Positions 29,201-38,815 of a stretch of DNA of 64,000 nt are shown here, piece after piece (the stretch's first letter is position 1; every line of letters begins with the position of its first letter). Below the pieces are notes generated by a model. That model worked only from the letters and a program-made list of their open reading frames with translations. It ran no database searches and had not been told where the DNA came from. Position numbers and translations under genes: made by a program. Origin of the DNA: a virus; the IMG/VR virus record IMGVR_UViG_3300005663_000003, positions 1-64,000 of that record; one strand, given 5' to 3'.

Positions 29201-29752
29201 GGCGAGTCGGCCAAGGACGCAGCGGCGGACCTCAAGGAGTCGGCACGCATTGCCGAGGAAGCGGCCACCAGCTTCGAGAACGCGTCCGCTCGGTTGACTC
29301 AGGCGCAGAGCTTCGCAAGAACCGGTGTCGGCGTGCGGTCAGGTGGCGAGACCCAGGCGCAGGTAAACGCGCGGTTCGGCGGCCTGCGGTTCGGCATCCA
29401 ACAGCAGCCCCGGACCACGGGCAGGCGCAGCATCACGGGCCGGGCTATCAGCGAGTCGGGACAGATCGCGCCGCGCGGCATCCTGAGCTTCGACCTCGGT
29501 GGCCCGGTGCGGACCGACCAGCTCGCGCGCCTCCAGGCTGGCGAGACGGTCCTCAGCCGCTTCGACACGGCGGCCCTTCGGTCGATCCTCGGCAGTCGAG
29601 GCGGCGGCGCAGCCACCAACATCATCAACGTCTCGCCGACCTTTAATATCGAGGGCGGGAACGCAGAGGACAACCGCGCGATGGCCCGCAGCCTCATCCC
29701 GGAGATCACTCGGGCGGTAGACCTCGGAGTGGTCGGGAAGGGGGTGCTGTGA
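26219..29752 (+). CDS. Tape measure protein (TP901-like)
   Basis: 1177-aa Ala-rich helical protein; ASDILFKTVELGKTTIAELAASFG. Confidence 0.92.
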   Translation: MATAELRGVISGDASEFVAASTQAQRSLGALGKTGATVATQLQNVLGGTGTQRDALGRFTKNAGKARDALGRFKKEGAATSSIFSKLRNTLGKVGRSAIDAGKSAASAFRSAGGILKDIAIGATAVVAALAAIGGAAVVNFAKFQTAFSQVRTLVDESQVDVQLLSDGVRELSVRFGVDVTEATRAAYQAISAGQDPANVVNFLATAFENAAAGAATVVESVDLLTSALNVFESQGLTAEQASDILFKTVELGKTTIAELAASFGQVGPIAAAAGVSFADLGAALATTTAQGLSTAEASTAIKAAIAGIVNPAKGAAGALESIGVSARSLREEGLVATFERIGDATGGAIENIVRFLPNIRAVNAAAILAGSGLDKFRAAAEGTSDSTGAASRAFEKLVADIARTFSIIRQTLTDTFRQIGEALTPIVGQLGNVFSAFAMNTRTEVIALTRVLGARFADAGDSIEDFEATVSSSGGAISLGLSAVSAVLEGLADAFNSVARPVGAIAASFEFLATILKSALLSVVSLVTIALNGLLQIIVGIPEALIRLVSTVADFIPGLDGLVKSLDKASTGLKDIRDEAQAFSDSLEESQEAAVKAAEEFDFSAVLNESAKAVREVGTSFAEAANDVEDFGEEVAAAVREAQARGEIVQLGSDLKTTAAEAKGAAEALTELGEAGAGATAGLNAATTATTGLSQALQGIAGGSSEAARGLADLGPKAMEVAEAIAGIGAAQTDEQALARRQEAIANLIAAADAELSKAITAARDRGREQLQEAEANLRAAQATAQEAAGTEVFAAAFREERRAADDLEATVRSVNDAFNAQRALAREVFDSVIQDIGGIDGALEVFRTDSIAKAATAGRATTAEARRVFDREVARLREARAASEIEDVAFFDQLNAARARLNQTVEDAGDTFERARDQAEAAFDLGTQTASVNELADALTGPFAEAVQQAREDAETFGFSQEELNEALKGIVEQSEETGESVVDLAEDFEDLGESAKDAAADLKESARIAEEAATSFENASARLTQAQSFARTGVGVRSGGETQAQVNARFGGLRFGIQQQPRTTGRRSITGRAISESGQIAPRGILSFDLGGPVRTDQLARLQAGETVLSRFDTAALRSILGSRGGGAATNIINVSPTFNIEGGNAEDNRAMARSLIPEITRAVDLGVVGKGVL

Positions 29753-30306
29753 GCTGGACCTTCACCAACTTCCAGACCGGCCTGACCATCACGGTTCGCA
29801 ACCCCGAGCCCGGTGACACGCACCGCTTCGAGCGGCGGCAGGCGAGCGGCGAGACGGAAGGCGGCAGGCAGTTCACGCAAGACCTGGGCATCACCGATGA
29901 GTTCCTCGAAGGGAGCTGGGCGGCGCTCAGCCGCTGCGAGAAGGACGACCTGCTCCGCTTCTTCGAGTCGGTGAAGTATCGGGCGCTCAGCTTCCGCCTG
30001 GCGACGACCGACGGCGGCGCGCATATCCCGTTCGGGTTCAACCCGGCGAACTCCATCAACCGCGTGCGCCTCGACCAGTCGCGGCTGGAGTTCCGCCACA
30101 TCCTGAACGACGCGGCGCGGCGCGGCGTCGACGAGCGGTTCGAGACGACGATGCGCTTCCGGTTCGTGCCGCTCCCGACGGTCGAGGTTTCAGACGTCAT
30201 AGACATCGCGGACAATGTCATCATCGCGTTCAATGACGTCCTTCAGGCGTCGGCCAACGATTCGGTTTCGGTTAACGACAGCGTGGTATCGGCGGTCCTC
30301 TCCTGA
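29749..30306 (+). CDS. Probable distal tail protein
   Basis: Immediately after tape measure; size and WAALS..EKDDL..FF pattern. Confidence 0.55.
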   Translation: MSWTFTNFQTGLTITVRNPEPGDTHRFERRQASGETEGGRQFTQDLGITDEFLEGSWAALSRCEKDDLLRFFESVKYRALSFRLATTDGGAHIPFGFNPANSINRVRLDQSRLEFRHILNDAARRGVDERFETTMRFRFVPLPTVEVSDVIDIADNVIIAFNDVLQASANDSVSVNDSVVSAVLS

Positions 30307-30686
30307 TGGAAACTCACAAGCTGGCGATCCTCTGCGCCCCGTTCCGCAAGCGATCGGCCGGAGACATTACGCGCATGAAGCGCGCGAAGTCCGAACTCCT
30401 CAAGCGGGGCTGGCTCCCCATCTTCCTGCCCGACACCTTGGTGGACGTGCTCGACGACGACGACGACGAGCAGCGCGTGCTCGCGGTCGCGGCGTCGTCT
30501 TTCTTCTGCCGGACGATGGCGGACTTCCCCGACGCGGAGATGGTTGTCGTCGGTCTCCACATGACCGTGGGGATGCGCTCAGACGTTGCGTCCTGGCTCG
30601 ACGCTGGAGGCCCGGCGCCGAGGAACATCGCGGACGTCATCTTCAACGGCGAGAAGGAGGAGGTAGACGATGGCGGCAATCACTGA
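30306..30686 (+). CDS. hypothetical protein
   Basis: Coupled ORF; ILCAPF...GWLPIFLP...TVGMRSD recalls a nucleoside deoxyribosyltransferase-like fold (weak). Confidence 0.55.
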   Translation: METHKLAILCAPFRKRSAGDITRMKRAKSELLKRGWLPIFLPDTLVDVLDDDDDEQRVLAVAASSFFCRTMADFPDAEMVVVGLHMTVGMRSDVASWLDAGGPAPRNIADVIFNGEKEEVDDGGNH

Positions 30687-31188
30687 GCTGCGTGAAAGGT
30701 GGGCTCCCGTCGCTGGCTTCGGAGGATTCTACGAAGTGAGCGACAGGGGGCAGGTGCGTAGTCATCATCGCGGCGGGCGGCCCTTGCGGATCATCTACCG
30801 CAAGAGAGACGATCGTCCGTATGTGAACCTCTGTGCCCACGGCGAGCGGAAACTCAGAGCGGTGTATCACTTGGTGCTCGAAGCATTCGTCGGTCCCTGC
30901 CCAGATGGTCTTGAAGCGTGCCACGAAGATGGCGACGTTCGGAACAACTGCCTGCAGAATCTGAGATGGGACACGAAGGCGGCCAATGAGGCGGACAAAC
31001 TCAGGCACGGCACCCGATCGCGCGGAGAGCGTCACGGAATGTCGAAACTGGAGCCTCAGGACGTGAAGATCATCAGAAGCCAACAGCCACAGGACTGGAG
31101 CGCCGCCAAGGAATTGGGCGAGGCATTCGGCGTCGACCCAGGAACGATCCTACACATCTGGTCGCGAAAGACCTGGAGGCACATCTAG
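30670..31188 (+). CDS. NUMOD4-HNH homing endonuclease
   Basis: ERWAPVAGFGGFYEVSDRGQVRS; LVLEAFVGPCPDGLEACHEDGDVRNNCLQNLRW. Confidence 0.9.
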   Translation: MAAITELRERWAPVAGFGGFYEVSDRGQVRSHHRGGRPLRIIYRKRDDRPYVNLCAHGERKLRAVYHLVLEAFVGPCPDGLEACHEDGDVRNNCLQNLRWDTKAANEADKLRHGTRSRGERHGMSKLEPQDVKIIRSQQPQDWSAAKELGEAFGVDPGTILHIWSRKTWRHI

Positions 31189-31713
31189 ATGGCCGCGACT
31201 ACGCAACTTCGCGTGCATCACGGAGCGAGCCCCGGCCTCGGTGTCGACGTCAGCGGCCAGACCCTTCGGTTCAAGCAGGCCGACGATGACATCCAAGACG
31301 ATCAGAACCCGGTGCCCGTCCCGGACATCGGAGTCGCCTTCTCCTTCCGCAAGAGCTTCAAGCTCGCGGCGACCGTCGCCCCCGATAATCGCATCTTCAA
31401 CCTGCGCATCTTCACGCTCGGGGAGTCGCTCGGCGTGGGGCGGGAGGTCTTCTTCGCGCGCTCGAACAGCTACGTCCAAGCGACGGCGGCGGACCTCACC
31501 GGGGCGATCGGTTCCACGAACCTCGACGCCTTCACCCCCACGGCGCCCGAGGTCATCCAGGCGGGCGATGTCATCCTCGGCACCGACGCCATGCCGTTCG
31601 ACGGCGGGGCCCGCCAGGACTTCTCGATGTTCCAGCTCCGGCACGAGGACACCGCCATCCAGGGCGACGCGGCGGCGGCCAAAACCCTCGTCATGCGCTA
31701 CGACGAAAAGTAA
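31189..31713 (+). CDS. Probable virion protein
   Basis: Beta-rich; ends MRYDEK; in tail module. Confidence 0.6.
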   Translation: MAATTQLRVHHGASPGLGVDVSGQTLRFKQADDDIQDDQNPVPVPDIGVAFSFRKSFKLAATVAPDNRIFNLRIFTLGESLGVGREVFFARSNSYVQATAADLTGAIGSTNLDAFTPTAPEVIQAGDVILGTDAMPFDGGARQDFSMFQLRHEDTAIQGDAAAAKTLVMRYDEK

Positions 31714-32341
31714 GGACTTACGCATGAGAGCCTCAGAGCCCCGTGACGTGAGGATGCCCCACGAACGACGAGACACCGGCAGCCCCCTCACATCGCCTCA
31801 CCCGGCCCGCCCCAGGGACTACGCGGGGTCAGCGCTCTACGAGCCGTGCCCGTGCGGGGGGTGCGGCGGGCCGGACGCCTCTCGGCCTCTCTTCGTCGGA
31901 CCGGTGAGGCCCAGGCCCCAGGACCCCACCCGCTTCGGCGGCCTGCGGTGAATGAGGTTCGTTGGGCCCTCCTCATGCCGGACGGGAAGCTCATCGAAGG
32001 TGAGGGGCAGGACGCTCCCGGCGGCCTTCGGCTGAGCAACTTGGCCGAGGACGCGGTGGCGGCCCGCTTCGTCAGGGGGAGCACCGACGTCTACATCGCC
32101 GGACCGGTCGACCTGCATTGGTCGGTCCAGAAGGTTCACGCCATTGGACCCGACGGCGCAACCGCGCGCCTCACGTCGACCAGTCGGGCGCTTGTCTTGC
32201 GCAGCCTCGACGAAGACGCGCGAGTGTTCATCATGCCTGACGGCGCGGTGAACATCGCCCGGACTGTCGAGCAGGCGGGCGTCGCCTACGAAGCAATCAC
32301 CCGCGCGCTGTTGAGGTCGAGGGTGTGACGAAGTGAGGGGC

Positions 32342-32461
32342 GTGGCCCATTGCCAGATGTGTGACTTGACGTTCGCCTACGGGACACCCGATGGTAGACC
32401 GATCCGCTGCCCCAAGTGCAAGTGCAAGCGGAAGGCGAAGGCGAAGCCGAAAGCGAAGTGA
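32342..32461 (+). CDS. 39-aa zinc-ribbon protein with basic tail (below ORF-track cutoff)
   Basis: MAHCQMCDLTFAYGTPDGRPIRCPKCKCKRKAKAKPKAK; GAGGGG RBS. Confidence 0.6.
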   Translation: MAHCQMCDLTFAYGTPDGRPIRCPKCKCKRKAKAKPKAK

Positions 32462-32464
32462 GCG

Positions 32465-33523
32465 ATGGCAGCGGTCATCACCGACGTTCAACCGAGGAGC
32501 TTCCGGGCGGGAGACGACATCACCGTCACCGGCTCGGGGTTCTCCACGCTGTTCGCCGACAACCGCGTGTCCATCCAGTTCCTCAACGCCCCTCTGGTCA
32601 GCTCGACCGACACGGTCATGGTCTGCACCGTCCCGGCGGGCATCCCGACGGACGAGCAGGTCGGCGTCATCGCCAGCCGGATCGACACACAGATTGCTTC
32701 GGAGCCCTTCACGGCGTGGAGCCTCGCGAGCCTCGACGCCATCCGCGACCTCGACCTGTCCGGTCAGGTGCCCGGCCCGCGCGAAGCGGCGCATCTCGAT
32801 GTCGACGTGGCGGACATCGCCCAGGCGCGCGACTACGAACGCATCGCGTCGCACGCGCTCAGGATTGCTAACGAAATCCTCGGGAGCCCCGGCGACATCT
32901 TCACAAGCGACGGGAGCCTCCCGGTTCCGTTCCCGATCGGCGGCGGTGGGCTGGAGCTTCACGCGCGGCCGTCGGAGCCGCTCGACCTTCGATGGGAGGC
33001 GGCGAGTCGCTGGCTCACATTCCGATACGGTCTGCGTTTCCTGGACTCTCAAAACATCATCAACATGATCGGGAACGGGTCACCGTTCTCGCTGACTGCC
33101 TTCAACGTGAACGGTGAAGAGCATGGCGTTCCCTTCGAAGGGAACCTGACTCGGGTGATGGTCGCCGTGCTCGAAGAGGAGGTCCCCGGCGACTCGCTCG
33201 ACCGGGTGCGCGTCATCGTCAATGGGGCATCGGTTCACGACTCAGGCGCCGGACTCGGGCTCGGGGAGGGAGACGCCTACGTCGCCACCTTCTCGGCTCC
33301 CGTCAGGAACCCCGAGCGCGTCACAATCGAAGCGACGAAGCTAGGGAACAACGCGCAGATGAGCATCATCGGCATGGTCAAGCTACAGGAGACGACGAGC
33401 GTGTTCGTGTCGGATACCATCTTCGTTGACGACGACGTGCAAGTGACCAAGACCGGAAACCAGGCGGCGGCTGCGGCCATCGCGATCAGCGTGAGCGACG
33501 TCGCCACGGCGGCGCTGAGCTGA
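32465..33523 (+). CDS. IPT/TIG-domain virion protein, paralog 1
   Basis: VITDVQPRSFRAGDDITVTGSGFS...VCTVP. Confidence 0.75.
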   Translation: MAAVITDVQPRSFRAGDDITVTGSGFSTLFADNRVSIQFLNAPLVSSTDTVMVCTVPAGIPTDEQVGVIASRIDTQIASEPFTAWSLASLDAIRDLDLSGQVPGPREAAHLDVDVADIAQARDYERIASHALRIANEILGSPGDIFTSDGSLPVPFPIGGGGLELHARPSEPLDLRWEAASRWLTFRYGLRFLDSQNIINMIGNGSPFSLTAFNVNGEEHGVPFEGNLTRVMVAVLEEEVPGDSLDRVRVIVNGASVHDSGAGLGLGEGDAYVATFSAPVRNPERVTIEATKLGNNAQMSIIGMVKLQETTSVFVSDTIFVDDDVQVTKTGNQAAAAAIAISVSDVATAALS

Positions 33524-34488
33524 TGGCCGCCCTCGTCCAGACGATCAGCCCAGGCCGCGCACGCGCAGGCGAAACCGTCACGATCAACGGCAGCGGCTTC
33601 GGGACCTTCGGCCACAACATCGTGCGCATGGACGACGGGGGCGGGCCGGTCACGATTCCCGGCGCCGACACCCTGGACATCGACACGTCTACCATCCAGG
33701 TCGTCGTCCCCGCTGGCCTCGTCCGCGACCGCTTCATCGAGGTCGAGGTCGAGAACACCGAGGACAGCACGACCGCCATCTCCTACCTCTACTCGCAGCT
33801 CACGCTGACCGAGCTGGAAACGGATCGGCTCCCCGGGAAGAAGCCAGGGTTCCGCGAGGCGACCATCACAACGGCAGGAGTCCCCGACGAAGATGAGCTG
33901 GTGATAGAGGCCAAGGACTTTGACCGGCTGTCGGCCAAGGTCGAGAGCCTCCAATACGACAACCTCACGACGCTCGGCGACCTCGCCCCGCGAGGACCGG
34001 CGCAGGGGCTTCGCCGCATCCCGATCGGCACCGACGGGCAAAGGTGGTTCCGAGACGAGAACCTGGGCGGCCAGTGGAAGACGCTGGAGCCCGACGTAGT
34101 TTGGTGGGCGGGACAGGTTCCGGCGGCCACGGTTACAGAGCTGTTCCTCGCCACCCAAGTCCTTGGGAGCTTCGATCTTTCTGGACCGTCAAGGACCGAG
34201 CAGATCGCGCCCAAGACCGGTCAGCTTGCGCTGCTCCAGGTCCACGTTACCGACGACTCGGCGGGGGCGACCTCGCGCATCTCGCGCGTTCGCATCCTCG
34301 TCGAGGGCGTCGAGGTCTTCGACTCCCTGAGCTTGCCCGTCGGTCAAGATCCGTTCATCCCAGAGAACGGCCACTGGACGCTGGCCCCCTTCATCAACGT
34401 CACGGAGAAGGACGTCATAGAAATCGCCGTTACGAAGAACAACGCCAACGTGACCCTAAACGTCATCGCTCGGGCGGTGCTCGTATGA
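33523..34488 (+). CDS. IPT/TIG-domain virion protein, paralog 2
   Basis: VQTISPGRARAGETVTINGSGFG; LTTLGDL..RIPIGTDGQ fibre motif. Confidence 0.75.
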   Translation: MAALVQTISPGRARAGETVTINGSGFGTFGHNIVRMDDGGGPVTIPGADTLDIDTSTIQVVVPAGLVRDRFIEVEVENTEDSTTAISYLYSQLTLTELETDRLPGKKPGFREATITTAGVPDEDELVIEAKDFDRLSAKVESLQYDNLTTLGDLAPRGPAQGLRRIPIGTDGQRWFRDENLGGQWKTLEPDVVWWAGQVPAATVTELFLATQVLGSFDLSGPSRTEQIAPKTGQLALLQVHVTDDSAGATSRISRVRILVEGVEVFDSLSLPVGQDPFIPENGHWTLAPFINVTEKDVIEIAVTKNNANVTLNVIARAVLV

Positions 34489-35552
34489 GCCTCCACGAAG
34501 TCACGATCCTCGACACCATCGACGTTGTCGACTCGGTCACCCGAACGCCGAACCGCATCGACATTCTCATCCAGGACGTCATCGCGATCACCGACGCCGT
34601 TCTATTCCCACGGCAGCCCGCCATCAGTTCCTTCGACCCGGCGCACATCCGCGCGGGCGACTCGGTCGTAATCAAGGGCCAAGGCTTCGCGACCTCCATC
34701 GGTTCGAACCGCGTGACCTTCAACGGCTTCGTGGCGACGATCACGGCGGCGGCGGAGGACGAGCTAACGGTGACGGCCCCGGCGCTCCTCGCATTCACCG
34801 AGAACGGCTACGCGTTGGTGGAGGTCGAGACGCCACCGCTGTCGGCGATCAAGGCGAGCGCGGAGGTCTGGGTCAAGTTCTCCACCATCGAGGAGGAGGC
34901 CGACGAGTTGCTGGCTCTACAGGAGGCGAACCTCAAGGAGGTCGTGGGCGTCGACCGTCCCACCTTCGCCGAGGCTGGCGACTGGAACCCACTCCAGACT
35001 TTGATGGAGCACTCGCAGCAAGGCAGGGCCGAGGGCAGGGCGGGCGGCTTCAAGTCGCGCGACGCCGTGGGCATCGTCGGCGCCCCCCGGCGCAACCCGC
35101 CGGACAACCTGAACACCGGGGGCGAGTCCTTGGTGGTCGATCCGAGCGAGCCCGGCCTACTCGCCTTCGGTTGGCAGCTCGATGACACCCTCGCCTTCGG
35201 GGGACGGTTTGAAATCGCCGACTCCGGCGCGCACCTGATGGCCGCGAACGGTAGGGCGAACACCCCAATCGATGCGGAGACCGAACAGATTGCGATGCTC
35301 GATGGCCTGCTCGACCTCGGTTGGTTCATTGTCAAAGGTGGCGGGGTGGATACCATCACCCTGTTCGAGGTTCTCGTCGAAGGCGTCGTCGAGGCGAGCC
35401 AAGCAGGACCCGCTGCCGTCTCGAATGCGGTGCGTTTCTTCCGCACTAACGTTCAGGTCAGCAAGGGAGACAGAATCGAGATGCGACTGACGAAGGTTGG
35501 AGTGACGAGCCTACGCCTGATCGTCGGCGGCTTCCGCGTGAGGTATCGCTAG
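34485..35552 (+). CDS. IPT/TIG-domain virion protein, paralog 3
   Basis: ISSFDPAHIRAGDSVVIKGQGFA...NRVTFNG; the ATG at 34485 overlaps the upstream stop. Confidence 0.75.
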   Translation: MSLHEVTILDTIDVVDSVTRTPNRIDILIQDVIAITDAVLFPRQPAISSFDPAHIRAGDSVVIKGQGFATSIGSNRVTFNGFVATITAAAEDELTVTAPALLAFTENGYALVEVETPPLSAIKASAEVWVKFSTIEEEADELLALQEANLKEVVGVDRPTFAEAGDWNPLQTLMEHSQQGRAEGRAGGFKSRDAVGIVGAPRRNPPDNLNTGGESLVVDPSEPGLLAFGWQLDDTLAFGGRFEIADSGAHLMAANGRANTPIDAETEQIAMLDGLLDLGWFIVKGGGVDTITLFEVLVEGVVEASQAGPAAVSNAVRFFRTNVQVSKGDRIEMRLTKVGVTSLRLIVGGFRVRYR

Positions 35553-38500
35553 TGCTCGGACACCCAAGCATCGCTCAGTGGGGAAACCCCGAATGGGGTG
35601 AGGTCGTAGGCGAGCCCTCGAAGTTCGTGAAGTTGGAGAGCCTCGCCCGAGGCGAGCAGCAACGGACGCTGACCTTCGACAGCGTAGGCGTTCTCCTCGA
35701 CGCGGACATCACGGCAGGGTTCGACAGCGTCGCGAGCAAAGATCAGGAGCAGTCGGTCCTGTTCGACTTCTTCGCGCCGCGTGTTCCCACCGTCAAGTTC
35801 CTCGCGGACTGCACCGCCAACGTGTTGCTCATCGAGATGCGGCTACCGGCTGGGACGCGCCGCTTCGCCACGATCCCCCTCATCTTCGGCGGCGACACCT
35901 ACACCGGAAGGCTCGCGGGCATCACGACGCTCACGAGAACACAGGGCAGCGGCACCGACGATGTCCAGGTCAAGCTCGACGACACCGATGACGGCGGTCA
36001 AGACCGCCTGCGGGATGTGTTCCTCGCCGACGATCCCGAAGGCTCTGGCGTGACCATCTGGGTCGTGCTCCTCGGCGACAAGTCGAAGAACCGCATCGTC
36101 CTGTTCGAGGGAAACATCGAAAGGGTCGCGGGCTTCTCCCGCGCGGTCGTGAGCATCGACGTCGTGCGAAACGAAGCGGTGGAAGACGTGGAGCTGGGGC
36201 GGCCTATCACGCTCGCCGAATTCCCCAACGCGCCCGACGACTCCCTCAGCAAGACCAGGCCCATCGTCTTCGGGCAGGTCGAGAACCATGAGTCCGTCGC
36301 GGTGGACGTCAACGCCATCGGAAGACTCGACCGCGCACTGGTTGGAGTCGCGCCGGTCAGTCCCATCGTGTCGGGCTTCTCCAGCGTTACGACGTTCGTG
36401 ATTGCACCGAGCGGCATCGCGATTCCTCAGGTGGTCACACCGAACGACAGCATCCTCCTGCGTGACGCCGACGAGTTCCCTAGCTCGGGGGTCGTGCGGA
36501 TCGACGATGAGGAAATCGCCTACACCGGCAAGAGCGGGAACGAACTCACGGGCCTCACTCGGAGCTTCAACGGCACGCTGTTCGGTGAGCACACTAAGGG
36601 CACCGAGGTTCAAGAGGCGGGCGACTTCCAGGTGCTCGTCGCCGATCACCCACTGGGGAGGATCGACAACATCAAAGTCCTCGGCAGCGATGACGTCCTC
36701 GGCGAGCCGGTCCCCGCCCCGAGGACGGTGGACAATAACGCGGCACTCATCACCTGGAGCGAGACGCCACGCGTGAGGAACCCGAACGCCGATGCGGTGT
36801 TCGCGCGCATCCACTTCCGAGATGTCGACCCGCTGAACAAGGCCGACGGTGCAGCCTTCACCGCGCGAGAGAACCCAAGCTACCGAGCCTTCGGCTTCTC
36901 TCGCCTCGGCACTGGGGACATGGTCTTGCGAACGAACACCGACGGGCTCGGCGTTCCCGGTGACCTGGTTCGCGTGTGGATCGGGTGCATCTTCGACCCC
37001 GACACGCTCGGGTTCGCACCAGCGCCTCCGTTCATCAGCGCCGGGGCAGGACAAACCCCCACGCCGAACCCGGCCTTCAGCTTTGCTCTGCCCCAGGCAG
37101 CACTGGGCATCGCCGGAGCTGCGAGCATCGAGGTAACAGGCAGGCGGTTCAACCTTCAGCCTACCGACCTGGTCCCCGAGGAGATCGCCCGGAACGACGA
37201 GAAGACCGGCGACCGCATCTACGACGTGCCGGACCCCGTGTTCTTGCCGCAGATCGGAAGGCAGGGCGGGGAAATCCTGAGCCCCGACATCACCATCGAT
37301 CCCGGCATCTGGCAGCGCGACCCACCCGTAGGCTTCATCATCGACGGAGACGAGGACACCGAGGCCGTGAGCTTCTTCGCTGGCTTCGGCGAAGCTCTCT
37401 TCATTGGCAGCGGCGATGCCATCTTCCGGCTCGACGCCCCCCCGGACATCGGCGACTACAAGCCAGTGAGTGGAACGCTCGTGTTCGTCGCCGGGTGGGG
37501 CCCGCCCTTTACCCCGATCACGTCGCCGATGGAGGTCAAGGTCGTCAACCGCTTCACGGGTGAGATCGTCGCCGAGTTGCTCGCCAGCTCGGCCGCCCCA
37601 ATCCCGCCGTTCACCACGGGACTCATCAACGGCATCGAGAGGTTCGAAGCTCCCATCGACGTCAGTCTCTTCAACGATGACCTGAGCAACCTTCCCGACT
37701 TCGACTGGATCGTAAGCCCGATCCTCGGAGTCAGCTCTGGTCTGTGGGTTGCGCGCGAGCTGTTCATCGACCTGGAGACGGTGAACGATCCACCAATCAA
37801 CAGCGCGACCATCAACCCACTCGGCTCGGTCACCAATTACTTCGAGGTCACCGACCTCGTCGGCCTGAGTCAGACCAAGGATGCGGCGCAGGACTGGGCC
37901 TTCTTCTCGGACCTCAACCGAGGAGGACGAGTCACCTGGCGGGCCAACATCGCGGGCATCGACCCTCAGGTGTTGGAGACGTTCTGGGTTGCCGAGTTCA
38001 CTCCGTTCCTTAACGCCTCGACGAAGGTGCCGCGCGTCTTCTCCGACGTGCGCGGGATTACCGGACCCAACGGCGACGACAGCCCCGCCGACATCTCGGA
38101 GCAGGTCATCACGCAGCTCCCGCCGCTTGGCATGGGGCTCGGCGTCTCGCGCATCTCGCGCGGGAACTACCAGGCGGCGAAGGTCAGCCTGGACGCCGAC
38201 GGCATCCGCATGGGCTTCGCCATCGTCAAGCCGACCTCGGCGGTCAAGCTCATCGAGGCCATCGCGGAGCAAGGCGACTGCCGACAGAGCTGGACGCAGG
38301 GACAACACAACCTGATCCGTCGGCCTCGCGCCGACACCGTGCTCCCGGTCTTCAAAACCCTGGAGGAGTTCCGCGACATCCTCGGGGCATCGGTGGCGGC
38401 TCAGACCAAGCTGGGGCGCACCCCACTCGGCGAGGCGCGCACGCGGGTCACGGCGGTCTATCGGATCTTCGCCCCGACCGGCGACACAAGCCGCAGCGTC

Positions 38501-38812
38501 GAGGTTGTCGACGCGGCTGCGGAGGTCAAGTTCGGGCGCAAGTCGCAGACCGTCACGCTCGACCTGGTGCGCGACGACGTGGCGGCGCAGGTCATCACGG
38601 CCAGGCTCGTCGAGCGTCGGCGGCGACCGCGCTGGACGGTCGAGCTTGACATGGCGTTGCCCGGTCTAGAGCTTCGCTTCGGCGACCTCGTCGCCATCGA
38701 GCACAAGGACATCCCTGGTGGTATCTTCACGGTGTGCGAGGTCGTCGGCCTCAACTATCTCCCGGCTGGCTTCGATCGCGTGCGCGTGACCTGCGTGGTT
38801 TGGAACGAGTAG
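35552..38812 (+). CDS. Tail tip/baseplate hub protein
   Basis: 1086 aa; RPIVFGQV; C-terminal TLDLVRD..A..LELRFGDLVAIEH. Confidence 0.75.
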   Translation: MLGHPSIAQWGNPEWGEVVGEPSKFVKLESLARGEQQRTLTFDSVGVLLDADITAGFDSVASKDQEQSVLFDFFAPRVPTVKFLADCTANVLLIEMRLPAGTRRFATIPLIFGGDTYTGRLAGITTLTRTQGSGTDDVQVKLDDTDDGGQDRLRDVFLADDPEGSGVTIWVVLLGDKSKNRIVLFEGNIERVAGFSRAVVSIDVVRNEAVEDVELGRPITLAEFPNAPDDSLSKTRPIVFGQVENHESVAVDVNAIGRLDRALVGVAPVSPIVSGFSSVTTFVIAPSGIAIPQVVTPNDSILLRDADEFPSSGVVRIDDEEIAYTGKSGNELTGLTRSFNGTLFGEHTKGTEVQEAGDFQVLVADHPLGRIDNIKVLGSDDVLGEPVPAPRTVDNNAALITWSETPRVRNPNADAVFARIHFRDVDPLNKADGAAFTARENPSYRAFGFSRLGTGDMVLRTNTDGLGVPGDLVRVWIGCIFDPDTLGFAPAPPFISAGAGQTPTPNPAFSFALPQAALGIAGAASIEVTGRRFNLQPTDLVPEEIARNDEKTGDRIYDVPDPVFLPQIGRQGGEILSPDITIDPGIWQRDPPVGFIIDGDEDTEAVSFFAGFGEALFIGSGDAIFRLDAPPDIGDYKPVSGTLVFVAGWGPPFTPITSPMEVKVVNRFTGEIVAELLASSAAPIPPFTTGLINGIERFEAPIDVSLFNDDLSNLPDFDWIVSPILGVSSGLWVARELFIDLETVNDPPINSATINPLGSVTNYFEVTDLVGLSQTKDAAQDWAFFSDLNRGGRVTWRANIAGIDPQVLETFWVAEFTPFLNASTKVPRVFSDVRGITGPNGDDSPADISEQVITQLPPLGMGLGVSRISRGNYQAAKVSLDADGIRMGFAIVKPTSAVKLIEAIAEQGDCRQSWTQGQHNLIRRPRADTVLPVFKTLEEFRDILGASVAAQTKLGRTPLGEARTRVTAVYRIFAPTGDTSRSVEVVDAAAEVKFGRKSQTVTLDLVRDDVAAQVITARLVERRRRPRWTVELDMALPGLELRFGDLVAIEHKDIPGGIFTVCEVVGLNYLPAGFDRVRVTCVVWNE

Positions 38813-38815
38813 GGG

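Noticed and set aside
35843-38308. Long minus-strand ORFs (also 7049-8467, 12937-14193, 20500-21783, 56859-58520)
   Set aside because: Antisense shadows of GC3-rich plus-strand genes, with no recognisable motifs.
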